A stretch of DNA of 64,000 nucleotides, from positions 124,001 through 188,000 of IMG/VR virus record IMGVR_UViG_3300032236_001613. The stretch is one strand, 5' to 3'. The notes beneath the pieces are model-generated. The model was not told the origin of the DNA and did no database searches. It saw nothing but the letters and a program-made list of their open reading frames with translations. This document shows positions 9,176 to 19,589 of this stretch, one piece after another; position 1 is the first letter of the stretch, and every line of letters begins with the position of its first letter. The position numbers and the translations under genes were made by a program.

Positions 9176-9629
9176 TCAATTATTTGAGCAAATAGCAACT
9201 CTTGCTGTTGAAATTAAAGAATCCTTCAGAGAGCAAGGAATAGTATTGCCTTCTATGACGAAAGAAGGCACTGTTAAAATTGGTAACTATTTTATATCTA
9301 AAACTATACTAGGATTTTATTCTGTTAAAAATCGTTATAAAGAAGTATTTTACGATAATATTAACTTACCTCATACAGCACTATTAATAGCTAATTCTTT
9401 AGCATCAGGCGTTACTATTGATAAAAAAATTATTAATTTTGATAAAGAATATGGGTATAGTGCTTTTGAAGATAGAAATTTTGCAAGGCTACTAGAACAT
9501 TACCAATTAAAAAAAGATTGGCCTAGATACAATGCTACAATAGTTAAACAAGAAATAGCACAAAATAGAGCTGCACAATCAAAAAACGAAATATTAAGAT
9601 ACTTCGAAAAGTTCCGCCGTCTTCGATAA
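9162..9629 (+). CDS. Hypothetical phage protein
   Basis: 155-aa ORF overlapping its upstream neighbour. Confidence 0.55.
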   Translation: MTKNDQLFEQIATLAVEIKESFREQGIVLPSMTKEGTVKIGNYFISKTILGFYSVKNRYKEVFYDNINLPHTALLIANSLASGVTIDKKIINFDKEYGYSAFEDRNFARLLEHYQLKKDWPRYNATIVKQEIAQNRAAQSKNEILRYFEKFRRLR

Positions 9630-9657
9630 ATACTTTATCGTTTTTTGGAAGTTTAAT

Positions 9658-10830
9658 ATGCAAACAAATGAATTCAATCAAGCAGTTTCCAGTTCAGTAT
9701 TGAACGAAAATATGTTTAAAAAGTTCGGAGTAAAGGTTAACTTTACCAAATATACTCGCGAACAACTAGAAGATGCACGTAATCACTTACGTACAAAATT
9801 AAGTCAGACCGAAAGCAGTGCCGGATTTAACGATCTTCTAGCTAACGAAGATTATCAACAAGACAAGTACATGTTAAACTTGTTAAACACAAAAATTAAA
9901 GAAATGCTAGGCGAACGCAAACTTACTAAAGCTGAAAAAGCTAAGAAAGAAAAGGTTGTTAAGAAAGATCTTAAACCTAAGAAAAAAGAGTTCGAAAAGC
10001 GTTATGGAAAAGATAAAGGCGAGCAGGTAATGTACGCTGTCGCTACTAACATTGCTAAGGGCAAAAAAATGAATAAAAAAACTAATGAAGCAAAAAAAGC
10101 TAAACCAGACTACTTAGACTTTGACGGTGACGGCGATAAGAAAGAGCCAATGAAGAAAGCTCTTAAGGATAAGAAAAAAGCACCCTTTAAAAAAATGTCA
10201 GAGGCTGCTAAACCAAAATGCTGCTGCAAGACTGAAAGCAAATCTAAGTGCCCAGTACATGGTAAAAAGAAAGTTAAAGAATCTCTAACACGTCAATACT
10301 ATTCAATGGTTATTGAAAGTATTAAACATCTTTTAACTGAAAACGAAGAAGCTAAAGCTAAAGATATTAGTTCGGCAGCAGATATGGTCAGCGACTTAAC
10401 ACGTCAAATGACACAGCTAGCAAAAATGCAGACTACTAATTTAATTTCATTACACGATAGTATTCGTCAAAATTTTGGTGAAGCAGAAGCTAATGCATTT
10501 AAAGAAGCAATTGAACCTGCACTCGAAGAATCACTCGAAGTAGTAACACGTAGCAGAGAAACTATTTCTCGTGCAGTACAGGCACTCGCTGGTGGAGAAA
10601 TCCCAACCCCAATGGGTGCTGATACTACTGGCATGGACGGTATGGATGATCTAGCAGCACTTCCTGGCGATACTATGAATGAACCTCCAGTAGATGATGA
10701 ATTTGCTGCTAGCGATGCTGCTGCAGGTGGAGCAGAAACTGCTGGTAGAGAAATGAGAGAATCAAAAGAAAGAGCTCGTGCTCGTAGATTATCTGAAGAA
10801 CATTCAATTATTTCAAGATTAGCAAAATAA
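9658..10830 (+). CDS. Putative prohead core/internal virion protein
   Basis: Lys/Glu-rich; DFDGDGD motif; CCC..CPVH motif; many short Glu-terminated segments; GATAAATA upstream. Confidence 0.45.
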   Translation: MQTNEFNQAVSSSVLNENMFKKFGVKVNFTKYTREQLEDARNHLRTKLSQTESSAGFNDLLANEDYQQDKYMLNLLNTKIKEMLGERKLTKAEKAKKEKVVKKDLKPKKKEFEKRYGKDKGEQVMYAVATNIAKGKKMNKKTNEAKKAKPDYLDFDGDGDKKEPMKKALKDKKKAPFKKMSEAAKPKCCCKTESKSKCPVHGKKKVKESLTRQYYSMVIESIKHLLTENEEAKAKDISSAADMVSDLTRQMTQLAKMQTTNLISLHDSIRQNFGEAEANAFKEAIEPALEESLEVVTRSRETISRAVQALAGGEIPTPMGADTTGMDGMDDLAALPGDTMNEPPVDDEFAASDAAAGGAETAGREMRESKERARARRLSEEHSIISRLAK

Positions 10831-11129
10831 TGAGATTATTCGAAGTAGAAAGTCGTTTTATCGATGATCTAGAAACACTACTAAGAAACTTAGTTGGAAG
10901 GGGAGATAGTAAAAAATCTCCCCGAGTGTTAACTTACCCTGCATTAAGTAATTTATTACGTAATTTAGGCTACGGAGACATAAATTACGACATTTTTTCT
11001 AAAATTTACGACGAAAATCCTGAAATTAAGCCTCTAATTAGAAATTTTAACGACCAACAAATTGTTTTAGGTACTAAAGAAGAACCACCTAAAACACCAC
11101 CATTTAAAGGCACGCCTCCTAAAGTCTAA
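10830..11129 (+). CDS. Hypothetical phage protein (MRLFE N-terminus)
   Basis: Translationally coupled (TAATG) to the previous gene. Confidence 0.55.
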   Translation: MRLFEVESRFIDDLETLLRNLVGRGDSKKSPRVLTYPALSNLLRNLGYGDINYDIFSKIYDENPEIKPLIRNFNDQQIVLGTKEEPPKTPPFKGTPPKV

Positions 11130-11167
11130 AAGCGTCGTAGATAAAATATACAACAATAAATATTTCC

Positions 11168-12058
11168 ATGAGAAATGCTTGTTTTGTAGTTCCAATTCAC
11201 TACCCTAAATTTAATTACGGTTTAGAATTAATTAGATCTTATAACAAATACTTCAACGACGACCATTTATATTTTGTTTTTAATTCCCAAGAAGATGCCG
11301 AATATTTTGCTAATTTAGATAAAGATATAAGGTTTAGATTTATTATTTGTTCAGATCTAAAAAGCAGATGCATGAGTAACGATAAACTCTTAAAAATGCA
11401 AAAGCTTTTCGAAAATTCACCGATGACAGTTAAAGAAGAAGATTCTTTTTTGTACGAATCAGCAGTAACTGAAAAAAAGTTTGTTGGTATGAAATGGATT
11501 TTTGAAAACACCGACTTTGAAAATGTTGCGGCTATAGATGCCGATTGTGCATTCACAAGACATCTCGATTATCCTTTACTATTTGAAGAAGCTATTAAAC
11601 AAGCAACATTATACGGAAACTTTTCTCCGCAATCATTTAACCCGATGATTATATCCCCTTTAAAATTTTTTAATGCACAAGATCGAATAAAACTGTATCT
11701 TAAAGTTCACCATTTCAAAACATATTTTTGGTTCAATGATTTACCAGTCTTTAATAAAAATTACTTTTTAAATTTTTTAAATTATATCGATTACGAAAAT
11801 ACTGCGAAAGATTTATGTATGTGCGATTTTGACTTTATTCTATATGCTTATTATCTTCTTATTAAAGACATATACAAATTAGAAATTATAGAAGTCGATA
11901 GTGCAAAAATACCGGAACCCTTAATCGAATTTCAGAGGTTGTTACCTGCTGATGTTTTTAAACAGGCATTTTTAAAATATAGTCCTATGTGGATTATGGA
12001 TGAAATAGAACCCGAATACATGAATAAATGTTTTATGCGGGTTCACGTAGACAGATAA
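11168..12058 (+). CDS. Hypothetical glycosyltransferase-like protein
   Basis: FVVPIH start and AIDAD (DxD) motif. Confidence 0.45.
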   Translation: MRNACFVVPIHYPKFNYGLELIRSYNKYFNDDHLYFVFNSQEDAEYFANLDKDIRFRFIICSDLKSRCMSNDKLLKMQKLFENSPMTVKEEDSFLYESAVTEKKFVGMKWIFENTDFENVAAIDADCAFTRHLDYPLLFEEAIKQATLYGNFSPQSFNPMIISPLKFFNAQDRIKLYLKVHHFKTYFWFNDLPVFNKNYFLNFLNYIDYENTAKDLCMCDFDFILYAYYLLIKDIYKLEIIEVDSAKIPEPLIEFQRLLPADVFKQAFLKYSPMWIMDEIEPEYMNKCFMRVHVDR

Positions 12059-12084
12059 AACCCTTTATTATATAATAAATTATT

Positions 12085-12774
12085 ATGACAAAAACACCAC
12101 CACCGTTCGTAGAAAAATTTCAGTACAAAGGTTGCCAGCAGATTAACGATCCGATAACACGTAAACGTGTTTACCTTACCCCCGACGGCGAAAAGCTGCC
12201 CAGTGTTACTACTATCTTAAGTGCAACTAAAGATATGACGCATTTAATTGAATGGAAAAAGCGTGTAGGCGAAGCTGAAGCACAAAGGATTACTACCGAA
12301 GCTGCCGGAGTAGGAACATCTATGCATAGTAATTTAGAAAGATTTTTAACCGGGTTACCTCGCATGCCCGGAAATAATCAAGTTCACGTAAAAGCTAATG
12401 CTATGGCTGATCGAATTATCGAAGAAGGCCTTAAAGATGTAAACGAGGTGTGGGCTATGGAGCAGAGTTTATATTACCCCGGTTTATATTCAGGAACTAC
12501 TGATTTAGTAGCTGTTTATAAAGGAAATCCCTCAATTTGTGACTATAAACAGACAAATAAACCTAAAAAAGAAGAGTGGGTGGAAGATTATAAAATACAG
12601 CTAATCGCATACATCTTAGCACATAATCAAGTATATGGAACAGACATTAAAGAAGGGCATGTATTCATGTGTTCTAGAGATTTAATATACCAACAGTTTG
12701 ATGTATGGCCCAATGATTTTGCCAAATACGAAGATCTGTGGTTAGGTAAAGTAGAAGAATACTACGCCAAATAA
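12085..12774 (+). CDS. PD-(D/E)xK (Cas4/MGME1-like) exonuclease
   Basis: LPSVTTIL, GTSMH, GTTDLV..ICDYKQ and QLIAY motifs. Confidence 0.8.
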   Translation: MTKTPPPFVEKFQYKGCQQINDPITRKRVYLTPDGEKLPSVTTILSATKDMTHLIEWKKRVGEAEAQRITTEAAGVGTSMHSNLERFLTGLPRMPGNNQVHVKANAMADRIIEEGLKDVNEVWAMEQSLYYPGLYSGTTDLVAVYKGNPSICDYKQTNKPKKEEWVEDYKIQLIAYILAHNQVYGTDIKEGHVFMCSRDLIYQQFDVWPNDFAKYEDLWLGKVEEYYAK

Positions 12775-12819
12775 ATTACCAGTATAACTCGATAAATATC
12801 TAATATTGGAGAATTAGAT

Positions 12820-14472
12820 ATGGCCGTAATCGAGATAGCCAAAATACAGATACGTCGTGGACAGGAAAATATCACCGGAATTCCTACGCTTTCTCCTGGT
12901 GAATTTGGGTGGGCAGAAGATACAGAGCACTTGTACATTGGTAAAAGTGTTGCTGGCGGTGCTGTTAACAACCATAACACTAGAATTTTAACCGAAAACG
13001 ATGTACAAGTATTCTATAATGGTGTTGTGTCCACTACTACAGCGTATTCTTTCCAAGGACACATTCCTGGATATCCTGCTCAAAATACTGTAACACGTTC
13101 TTTACAAGATAAGATCGATGATAACGTAAGTGTTTTAGATTTTGGTGCAGTCGGTGATGGAGTAACTCCAAATGCTATTCCGTTACAAGCAGCTATAGAT
13201 AACTTATATCTAACTAGCCTTGTTAAAAATAACGGCAGTAGACAAAGTAAGATGGTAGTAAAAATACCAGCTGGGGTTTATCAAGTAGAAAATACTATCT
13301 ATGTTCCACCGTATGTTACATTACAAGGCGAAGGAAAAGGAAATACGGTATTAAATTTAACAACAGGTAGTGCTTCCTTAATACAATTTGTTGACCAACA
13401 AAGCACTATCGGAAGTCCTTACGTAAAATTTGTCGACGGCCAAGTATATATAGGGCCTACACATCCTAGTAATATTACAATTAACGGAATGACTTTACAA
13501 TACGATACTAGTATATCAACCACAGGTACTCTTTCTTTAGTGAGAGCAGATTGTGCTACTGATTGCGTAATCTCAGATGTACAATTTTTAGGAACTTATA
13601 CCGTTGCAAATTCCCAAATTGGCAATAGCAATTACACCGGTATTGATATAAGAGGACAAGGCTTAATAACCACAAAAGATCTTATTATCGATAATTGTAA
13701 TTTTGATAATCTTTACTACGGTATAAAATCTAACTACGATATCGAAGATTGCATTATTACAAAATCAAGATTTAGAAATCTTAATAGAGCCATAACATTT
13801 GCAGAATCGATCGCTAGTATTAATGTTACTGGGCCATTGAGAACTCGCATTGAAAACAATAAATTCTATTACATTGAGAGAGAAGGAATTTTTGTAGGAA
13901 GTAATTCAAGTAATTATCCTACTCATCATGTTAGTGCATTTAATATTTTCCGTAACGTCGGTAATAATGCCGGTAGCGATGCTGTTCCTGTTACTCCTGT
14001 TATTAACTATCAACCGCCAGGTAATGTTTCGATAGGCGATTACACATCAAGATTTGATTATATTAATAATACTTCGACTGAAATTACTTCTTTAACTAGT
14101 TTATTTGTTAACGGAATATCATATGTTGAAAGTGCTGGTGTGTATACTGCTGCTATTTCAGCTACCCCTAATACAACACTTGTTAAATTTCCATTTAGTG
14201 GCACTGCTCAATCAACTCGAATACAGTACAATGTTACCAAAGCTGCATCAAATATTCTAAGAACTGGCGAATTGCTAATTAATGCTTCTTATAATGGGTC
14301 GACATCAACTGCATTAGTAACTGATCGGTATTCTTTTACTGGCGCCAATGATGGAAACATTACATTCTCAGCAAGTTTAAATACAACTACTAATCTAGTT
14401 AGTTTAAATTATACAAGTGCCGATGCTATTGGATCAATAACATACAAATACAGTCAACTAAGTAATGTTTAA
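12820..14472 (+). CDS. Virion/tail protein with a pectate-lyase-like beta-helix
   Basis: KIQIRRG N-terminus, VSVLDFGAVGDGVT, IPAGVY and parallel beta-helix repeats. Confidence 0.65.
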   Translation: MAVIEIAKIQIRRGQENITGIPTLSPGEFGWAEDTEHLYIGKSVAGGAVNNHNTRILTENDVQVFYNGVVSTTTAYSFQGHIPGYPAQNTVTRSLQDKIDDNVSVLDFGAVGDGVTPNAIPLQAAIDNLYLTSLVKNNGSRQSKMVVKIPAGVYQVENTIYVPPYVTLQGEGKGNTVLNLTTGSASLIQFVDQQSTIGSPYVKFVDGQVYIGPTHPSNITINGMTLQYDTSISTTGTLSLVRADCATDCVISDVQFLGTYTVANSQIGNSNYTGIDIRGQGLITTKDLIIDNCNFDNLYYGIKSNYDIEDCIITKSRFRNLNRAITFAESIASINVTGPLRTRIENNKFYYIEREGIFVGSNSSNYPTHHVSAFNIFRNVGNNAGSDAVPVTPVINYQPPGNVSIGDYTSRFDYINNTSTEITSLTSLFVNGISYVESAGVYTAAISATPNTTLVKFPFSGTAQSTRIQYNVTKAASNILRTGELLINASYNGSTSTALVTDRYSFTGANDGNITFSASLNTTTNLVSLNYTSADAIGSITYKYSQLSNV

Positions 14473-14899
14473 AAAACCTCTTGAGGAAAGATTGTCGGAC
14501 TGGTTTCAATTAAGATTAGAACTTGACCAAAACGACAATCCTTATATCAAAAATATAGAATTCTGGAATCAAGCACCAATGGTTCCATATAACCATAATG
14601 TTGACCAATATAATGTGAAAAGTTGGCCAACTCCGTGGGAAATTATCGCAAATAATCGTTATGATGACTTTACTTTAGCTTTAATGTTAGGATATAGTCT
14701 AAAATTAACAAATAAATTTTCCAATAGTTTAATTGAAGTACGAACTTTGGTTGATTATCCTAAGACTCGATTGTATAATTTAGTTTACATTAATGAGAAT
14801 GATGTTCTTAACTACGATAAAAATACTGTAGTTAAAGCCCAAGATATTGATCAGGAACTTTACTTAGAAAACAAAATAGAAGTAAGCTACCCTAGGTAA
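14465..14899 (+). CDS. Hypothetical phage protein
   Basis: 144-aa ORF overlapping the previous stop. Confidence 0.55.
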   Translation: MFKKPLEERLSDWFQLRLELDQNDNPYIKNIEFWNQAPMVPYNHNVDQYNVKSWPTPWEIIANNRYDDFTLALMLGYSLKLTNKFSNSLIEVRTLVDYPKTRLYNLVYINENDVLNYDKNTVVKAQDIDQELYLENKIEVSYPR

Positions 14900-14939
14900 A
14901 TATCTTTCTCATACATAAGAATTAAAAGGTCACACATAG

Positions 14940-17273
14940 ATGGTTACAGTCGTTAAAAGAGATGGGTCTCGAGTTCCCTTAGATATTTCCAAAATTCAAA
15001 GACAAGTAGCACACGGATGCCGTGGAATTGACGGGGTAAGCCCGTCAATGATTGAGATTAAAGCTCAATTAGAATTGCACGATGGCATGAGTACTCAAAC
15101 AATCGACGAACTACTATTAAAAGCTATGGTTAACCTCATTGACGAAAATGAGAACCCAGAAATTAATAATACTAACTATCAGTACGTAGCTGGTAGACAG
15201 CGTGTTAGCATGCTTCGTAAAGAAGTCTACGGCGAATATGAGCCGCCAAAGTTATATAGTATTGTTAAAACAAACGTCTCTGCCGGAATGTACACGTCTG
15301 ATTTATTATCTTGGTATACTGAAGACGAATGGAACATTATTGATCTTTTTATTGATCATTCCAAAGACGAAAATTATACATTTGCTGCGATTGAACAGCT
15401 AGCAGAAAAATATCTAGTTCAAAATAGAGCTACTGGTAAGATCTATGAAACTCCCCAAGTAAGATATGCAATTGCTGCTGCTACAGCATTTCATAACGAA
15501 GATAAAGAAATTAGACTAAAATTAGTAAAGGAATACTACGAATGTGCATCTGAAGGACATTTTACTCTTGCTACTCCTGTTCTTGCTGGTCTTGGTACTA
15601 CCACTAAACAGTTTTCTAGTTGTGTGCTTATTGCTAGCGATGATACTTTAGATAGCATCTTTGCTAGCGGCGAAATGATGGCCAAATATGCTAGTAAACG
15701 TGCCGGTATTGGTCTCGAACTTGGTCGTATTAGGCCTGTTGGCGCTCCTATACGCAATGGAGAAATTAAACATACTGGATTAGTTCCATTCTTAAAGAAA
15801 TGGTTTGCTGACTTACGTAGTTGCAGTCAAGGCGGAATTCGTAATGCGTCTTGTACAGTAACATTTCCTATTTGGCATGCACAATTTGAAGATCTAATTG
15901 TATTAAAGAACAATCAAGGCACAGAAGAAACTCGTGTACGTCAAATGGATTATTCTGTGGTTGTTTCTGCGCTCTTTTGGCGCCGCTATAAGAATGGTGA
16001 AAATATTACATTATTCGATCCTCACGAGGTTCCTGACTTATACGAAGCTTACTACCGAGATAGCAAAGAATTTGAAAAATTGTATCTTAAGTATGAACAA
16101 GATAAAAATAAGAAAAAGAAAGTATTATCTTCAGAAGAAGTTTTTAAAAACGGTATTCTTAAAGAACGTACTGATACTGGACGAATCTACCTTGTTAATA
16201 TTGATAACGTGATCAGTCAGGGTCCATTCAATTCTAAAACTGATCCTATCTATCAAAGTAATCTTTGTCAAGAAATTTTATTACCGACTCGCCCATTCCA
16301 ACGTATCAGCGACGAGAATGGTCGCATCGCTCTCTGCACATTGGGGTCCATTAATTGGGGTGCGTTCCGTAATCCCGCCGATATGCGCAAAGCTTGTCGT
16401 GTACTAGTACGCAGTCTAAGCAACTTACTTAACTATCAAGATTTTCTTAGTGTACAAAGCCGTTTAGCAAATAAAGAATTTGAACCTCTTGGTGTAGGAA
16501 TTACTAATTTGGCATTTTGGCATGCTAGAAAGAATCTAAAATACGGAGAAGCAGAAGCATTAGCAGAAGTTAAACGTTGGATGGAACATCAGGCATTTTA
16601 TCTCACAGAAATGAGTGTAGAACTTGCAAGAGATCGAGGCGCATGTGAGCGCAGTCAATATACCTATTACGGCCAAGGAATATTTCCATGGGAACGACGT
16701 AATACTAATGTCAACGAATTAACTAATTTTGATCCTAGTGCTAATCTTGACTGGGAAGGATTGCGAGAGAATCTAAAGAAGTACGGCATTCGTAATGCTA
16801 CACTTATGGCGATTGCACCAGTCGAATCTAGCAGCGTTGTACTTAACAGTACAAATGGTATTGAAATGCCTATGGAGCTAATTAGTGTTAAAGAAAGCAA
16901 AGCCGGATCATTTGTACAAGTTGTTCCTGAGTATAAACGTTATAAAAATCGTTATCAATTAATGTGGGATCAAAAAGATTGTGTAGAATACCTTAAAACC
17001 GCTGCTGTATTAGCTGTGTACATTGATCAAAGTATCAGCACAAATACTTTCTACAATCCTGCGTATTTTGCTGAAGGTAAAATTCCTGCTACACTAATTG
17101 CTAAAAATCTAATGTTAGCGTATCGATGGGGTTTGAAAACAATCTATTATAGTTTGATAAACAAGGTCGGCAGTAAAACTATGATTAATAGCCAAAGCGA
17201 TAGACTTTCAGTATCTGAACCTGTTACAATCTACGATGACTCAGAAGATGACTGCTTGGCCTGTAAACTTTAA
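14940..17273 (+). CDS. nrdA: Ribonucleotide reductase class Ia alpha subunit with ATP cone
   Basis: VVKRDG ATP cone; FSSC, SNLCQE and LCTL catalytic Cys residues; YY pair; C-terminal CLAC. Confidence 0.97.
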   Translation: MVTVVKRDGSRVPLDISKIQRQVAHGCRGIDGVSPSMIEIKAQLELHDGMSTQTIDELLLKAMVNLIDENENPEINNTNYQYVAGRQRVSMLRKEVYGEYEPPKLYSIVKTNVSAGMYTSDLLSWYTEDEWNIIDLFIDHSKDENYTFAAIEQLAEKYLVQNRATGKIYETPQVRYAIAAATAFHNEDKEIRLKLVKEYYECASEGHFTLATPVLAGLGTTTKQFSSCVLIASDDTLDSIFASGEMMAKYASKRAGIGLELGRIRPVGAPIRNGEIKHTGLVPFLKKWFADLRSCSQGGIRNASCTVTFPIWHAQFEDLIVLKNNQGTEETRVRQMDYSVVVSALFWRRYKNGENITLFDPHEVPDLYEAYYRDSKEFEKLYLKYEQDKNKKKKVLSSEEVFKNGILKERTDTGRIYLVNIDNVISQGPFNSKTDPIYQSNLCQEILLPTRPFQRISDENGRIALCTLGSINWGAFRNPADMRKACRVLVRSLSNLLNYQDFLSVQSRLANKEFEPLGVGITNLAFWHARKNLKYGEAEALAEVKRWMEHQAFYLTEMSVELARDRGACERSQYTYYGQGIFPWERRNTNVNELTNFDPSANLDWEGLRENLKKYGIRNATLMAIAPVESSSVVLNSTNGIEMPMELISVKESKAGSFVQVVPEYKRYKNRYQLMWDQKDCVEYLKTAAVLAVYIDQSISTNTFYNPAYFAEGKIPATLIAKNLMLAYRWGLKTIYYSLINKVGSKTMINSQSDRLSVSEPVTIYDDSEDDCLACKL

Positions 17274-17283
17274 GGTGTGAACT

Positions 17284-18384
17284 ATGAGTAAATTGCAATA
17301 TGATTTCTCCAATCCTACTAACTATCTAAAACGTACAATGTTTTTAGATCCTGCAGGCCCGGTTACTGTACAAAGGTTTGAGGAAGTAAAATATCCTAAG
17401 CTACAAAAGTACGAAGAGTTAGCCCGCGGATTCTTTTGGGTTCCTGAGGAGATTAGCCTCACCAAAGATAAAATGGATCACAAGGAGGCCAGTGATGCAG
17501 TTAAACATATTTTCACAAGTAATCTACTTCGTCAAACAGCTCTCGACAGTATTCAAGGGCGTGCCCCTTTCCAGGTATTTGGACCAGTCACGTCTATACC
17601 GGAATTAGAAGCACTAACACTTACATGGAGCTTTTTCGAAACATCTATCCATAGTAAGAGCTATAGTCATATTATCCGTAATATCTACGGAGTTCCTAAA
17701 GAAGAATTTAATAAGATTCACGATACTAAAGAAATCGCCGGCATGGCTGCTGGTATTGGAAGATATTATGAAGAGCTGCATGTACTTAACATGCGCCGAG
17801 AACTAGGAGAAGACATTCCAGTTTACGATCATAAGAAGTCTATTTGGCTTGCACTACATGCAAGTTATGCTCTAGAAGCCCTACGCTTTATGGTCAGTTT
17901 TGCTACTAGCCTTGCTATGGTTGAAAATAAAATCTTTATTGGCAACGGCAATATTATTAGTCTTATTTTGCAGGATGAAATTTTACACAGCGAATGGACT
18001 GCATGGTTAATTAATAACGTCACTAAAGATGATCCTGACTTTGTTCAAATCGAGCAAGATTGCCGCGAAGAAGTATATGCATTGTATATGGAAGTTATAC
18101 AAGAAGAAAAATCTTGGGCAGACTATCTGTTCCGTAAAGGAGTAGTAATCGGGCTTAATGCTAATATTCTCAAAGACTTTGTAGATTATACAGCATATAC
18201 TAAACTAAAGGATATCGGAATTAAGTATTTGGAAGACCATCCTAAGTCTACGCCGATTCCATGGTTTAATAAACATGTAAATATTAATAAGAAACAGTCA
18301 GCGTTACAAGAAACCGAGTCGACAAATTATGTTATCGGTGTAATGAGTGACGCTGTTACACATGATGAATTACCAGACCTATAA
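17284..18384 (+). CDS. nrdB: Ribonucleotide reductase class Ia beta subunit
   Basis: FFWVPEEI, LDSIQGR, IHSKSY (radical Tyr), LEALRF, DEILH, QETE..NY. Confidence 0.96.
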   Translation: MSKLQYDFSNPTNYLKRTMFLDPAGPVTVQRFEEVKYPKLQKYEELARGFFWVPEEISLTKDKMDHKEASDAVKHIFTSNLLRQTALDSIQGRAPFQVFGPVTSIPELEALTLTWSFFETSIHSKSYSHIIRNIYGVPKEEFNKIHDTKEIAGMAAGIGRYYEELHVLNMRRELGEDIPVYDHKKSIWLALHASYALEALRFMVSFATSLAMVENKIFIGNGNIISLILQDEILHSEWTAWLINNVTKDDPDFVQIEQDCREEVYALYMEVIQEEKSWADYLFRKGVVIGLNANILKDFVDYTAYTKLKDIGIKYLEDHPKSTPIPWFNKHVNINKKQSALQETESTNYVIGVMSDAVTHDELPDL

Positions 18385-18394
18385 GGAGAATACA

Positions 18395-18619
18395 GTGAAG
18401 GTAGTAATTTGGAGTAAGAACGGTTGCACATACTGTGAAAAAGCCAAAGCCTTGCTTAAGGCAAAAGAAATTGCTTATGAAGAACGTAACATCAATACTA
18501 GTTGGACTAGGGAACAACTCTTAGAAGCGGTTCCTAACGCACGTACAGTTCCTCAAATTTTTATCAATAACGAATTAATCGGCGGGTTTGACGATCTTGT
18601 TAAAAAATTAGCGGCATAA
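18395..18619 (+). CDS. Glutaredoxin
   Basis: AAGGAG SD then GTG 18395; CTYC active site; TVPQIF and IGGFDD. Confidence 0.92.
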   Translation: MKVVIWSKNGCTYCEKAKALLKAKEIAYEERNINTSWTREQLLEAVPNARTVPQIFINNELIGGFDDLVKKLAA

Positions 18620-18620
18620 T

Positions 18621-19067
18621 ATGGACCAAGAAACAAAAAAGAAAATCGATGATATAATTAATGGACAACCATATTTTACTAATATGGCTGTCTATGACCC
18701 GTTACAGTATCAATTTAATTATGGCACTTCTTTACCGATTACAAACGCTGGACCTGTAGGAGCGGCACCTAATGTAACAATTGCCAGCGGAGGAACAGCG
18801 TCGGCATGGTCATCTTCTATGTCAAGTTATACTAGCAGTAGTAGTGGAAATCTTCAGGTGAGAGGTGATGCCGAAATCGAAGGCGATATCAAATGGCAAG
18901 GACGTAGTCTTACAGAAATGTTTAATAACATTGAACGGCGTTTAGCTATCTTAGTTCCTGATCCTAACAAGCTAGAACAGTTTGAAGCACTAAAAAAAGC
19001 TTACAATCATTATAAAGTTTTGGAAGCATTATGCGAACTTCCAAAAAACAACAATGAAGACAAATGA
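18621..19067 (+). CDS. Hypothetical phage protein
   Basis: 148-aa ORF in the operon. Confidence 0.55.
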   Translation: MDQETKKKIDDIINGQPYFTNMAVYDPLQYQFNYGTSLPITNAGPVGAAPNVTIASGGTASAWSSSMSSYTSSSSGNLQVRGDAEIEGDIKWQGRSLTEMFNNIERRLAILVPDPNKLEQFEALKKAYNHYKVLEALCELPKNNNEDK

Positions 19068-19215
19068 AGCAAAAATTGCAGAATTAGAAGATCTATTAAA
19101 ACGACAAAGTCGTGTAATAGAAACCTTGTTTAAAAGAATTAAATACCTCGAAAGAGAAAATTCTCGTAGACGCACAGATGTAGAGAAATTAGGAAATGAA
19201 ATTAGAAGAATTTAA
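19054..19215 (+). CDS. Small coiled-coil hypothetical protein (53 aa, absent from the ORF track)
   Basis: MKTNEAKIAELEDLLKRQSRVIETLFKRIKYLERENSRRRTDVEKLGNEIRRI fills the gap and overlaps both neighbours. Confidence 0.5.
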   Translation: MKTNEAKIAELEDLLKRQSRVIETLFKRIKYLERENSRRRTDVEKLGNEIRRI

Positions 19216-19588
19216 CGAGTGGTGTAGTCGACACGGTATACAAATTATCAATACAGATAAGAGAGCTCACCGTTGGACTAAACAAAATGTAAAATATTTT
19301 CAAAATCCTGCCGACTATAACATAATGTATGAAGATATAACTTTAGAGACAGAACCTCTATATACTTTAGAAATTAGTCTTAGCGAGCTAGAACGTCTGG
19401 CAGAATTCGAACTACAGGTTTTTAATAATTTAAAAGAAACTGGTCATTATAATATGTTTGAAAAAATAATGAAACAGAAGCATCAAGAAAAGCATTTGAG
19501 AACAAAATATGCCGCAGTACAAAAAGCATACGAACATTATAGTTTATTGCTTAAATTGGCAGAAAGCGGCGAACTAAAAGGATCATAA
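19196..19588 (+). CDS. Hypothetical phage protein
   Basis: 130-aa ORF in the operon. Confidence 0.55.
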   Translation: MKLEEFNEWCSRHGIQIINTDKRAHRWTKQNVKYFQNPADYNIMYEDITLETEPLYTLEISLSELERLAEFELQVFNNLKETGHYNMFEKIMKQKHQEKHLRTKYAAVQKAYEHYSLLLKLAESGELKGS

Positions 19589-19589
19589 T

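Noticed and set aside
12085-12774. Cas4-like nuclease as evidence of a CRISPR system
   Set aside because: No repeat-spacer array or other cas genes anywhere in the window; stand-alone phage exonucleases of this type are common.
15202-16900. Several small ORFs inside nrdA; possible intron or intein
   Set aside because: nrdA is uninterrupted, of normal length and has all catalytic motifs; the small ORFs are shadows.
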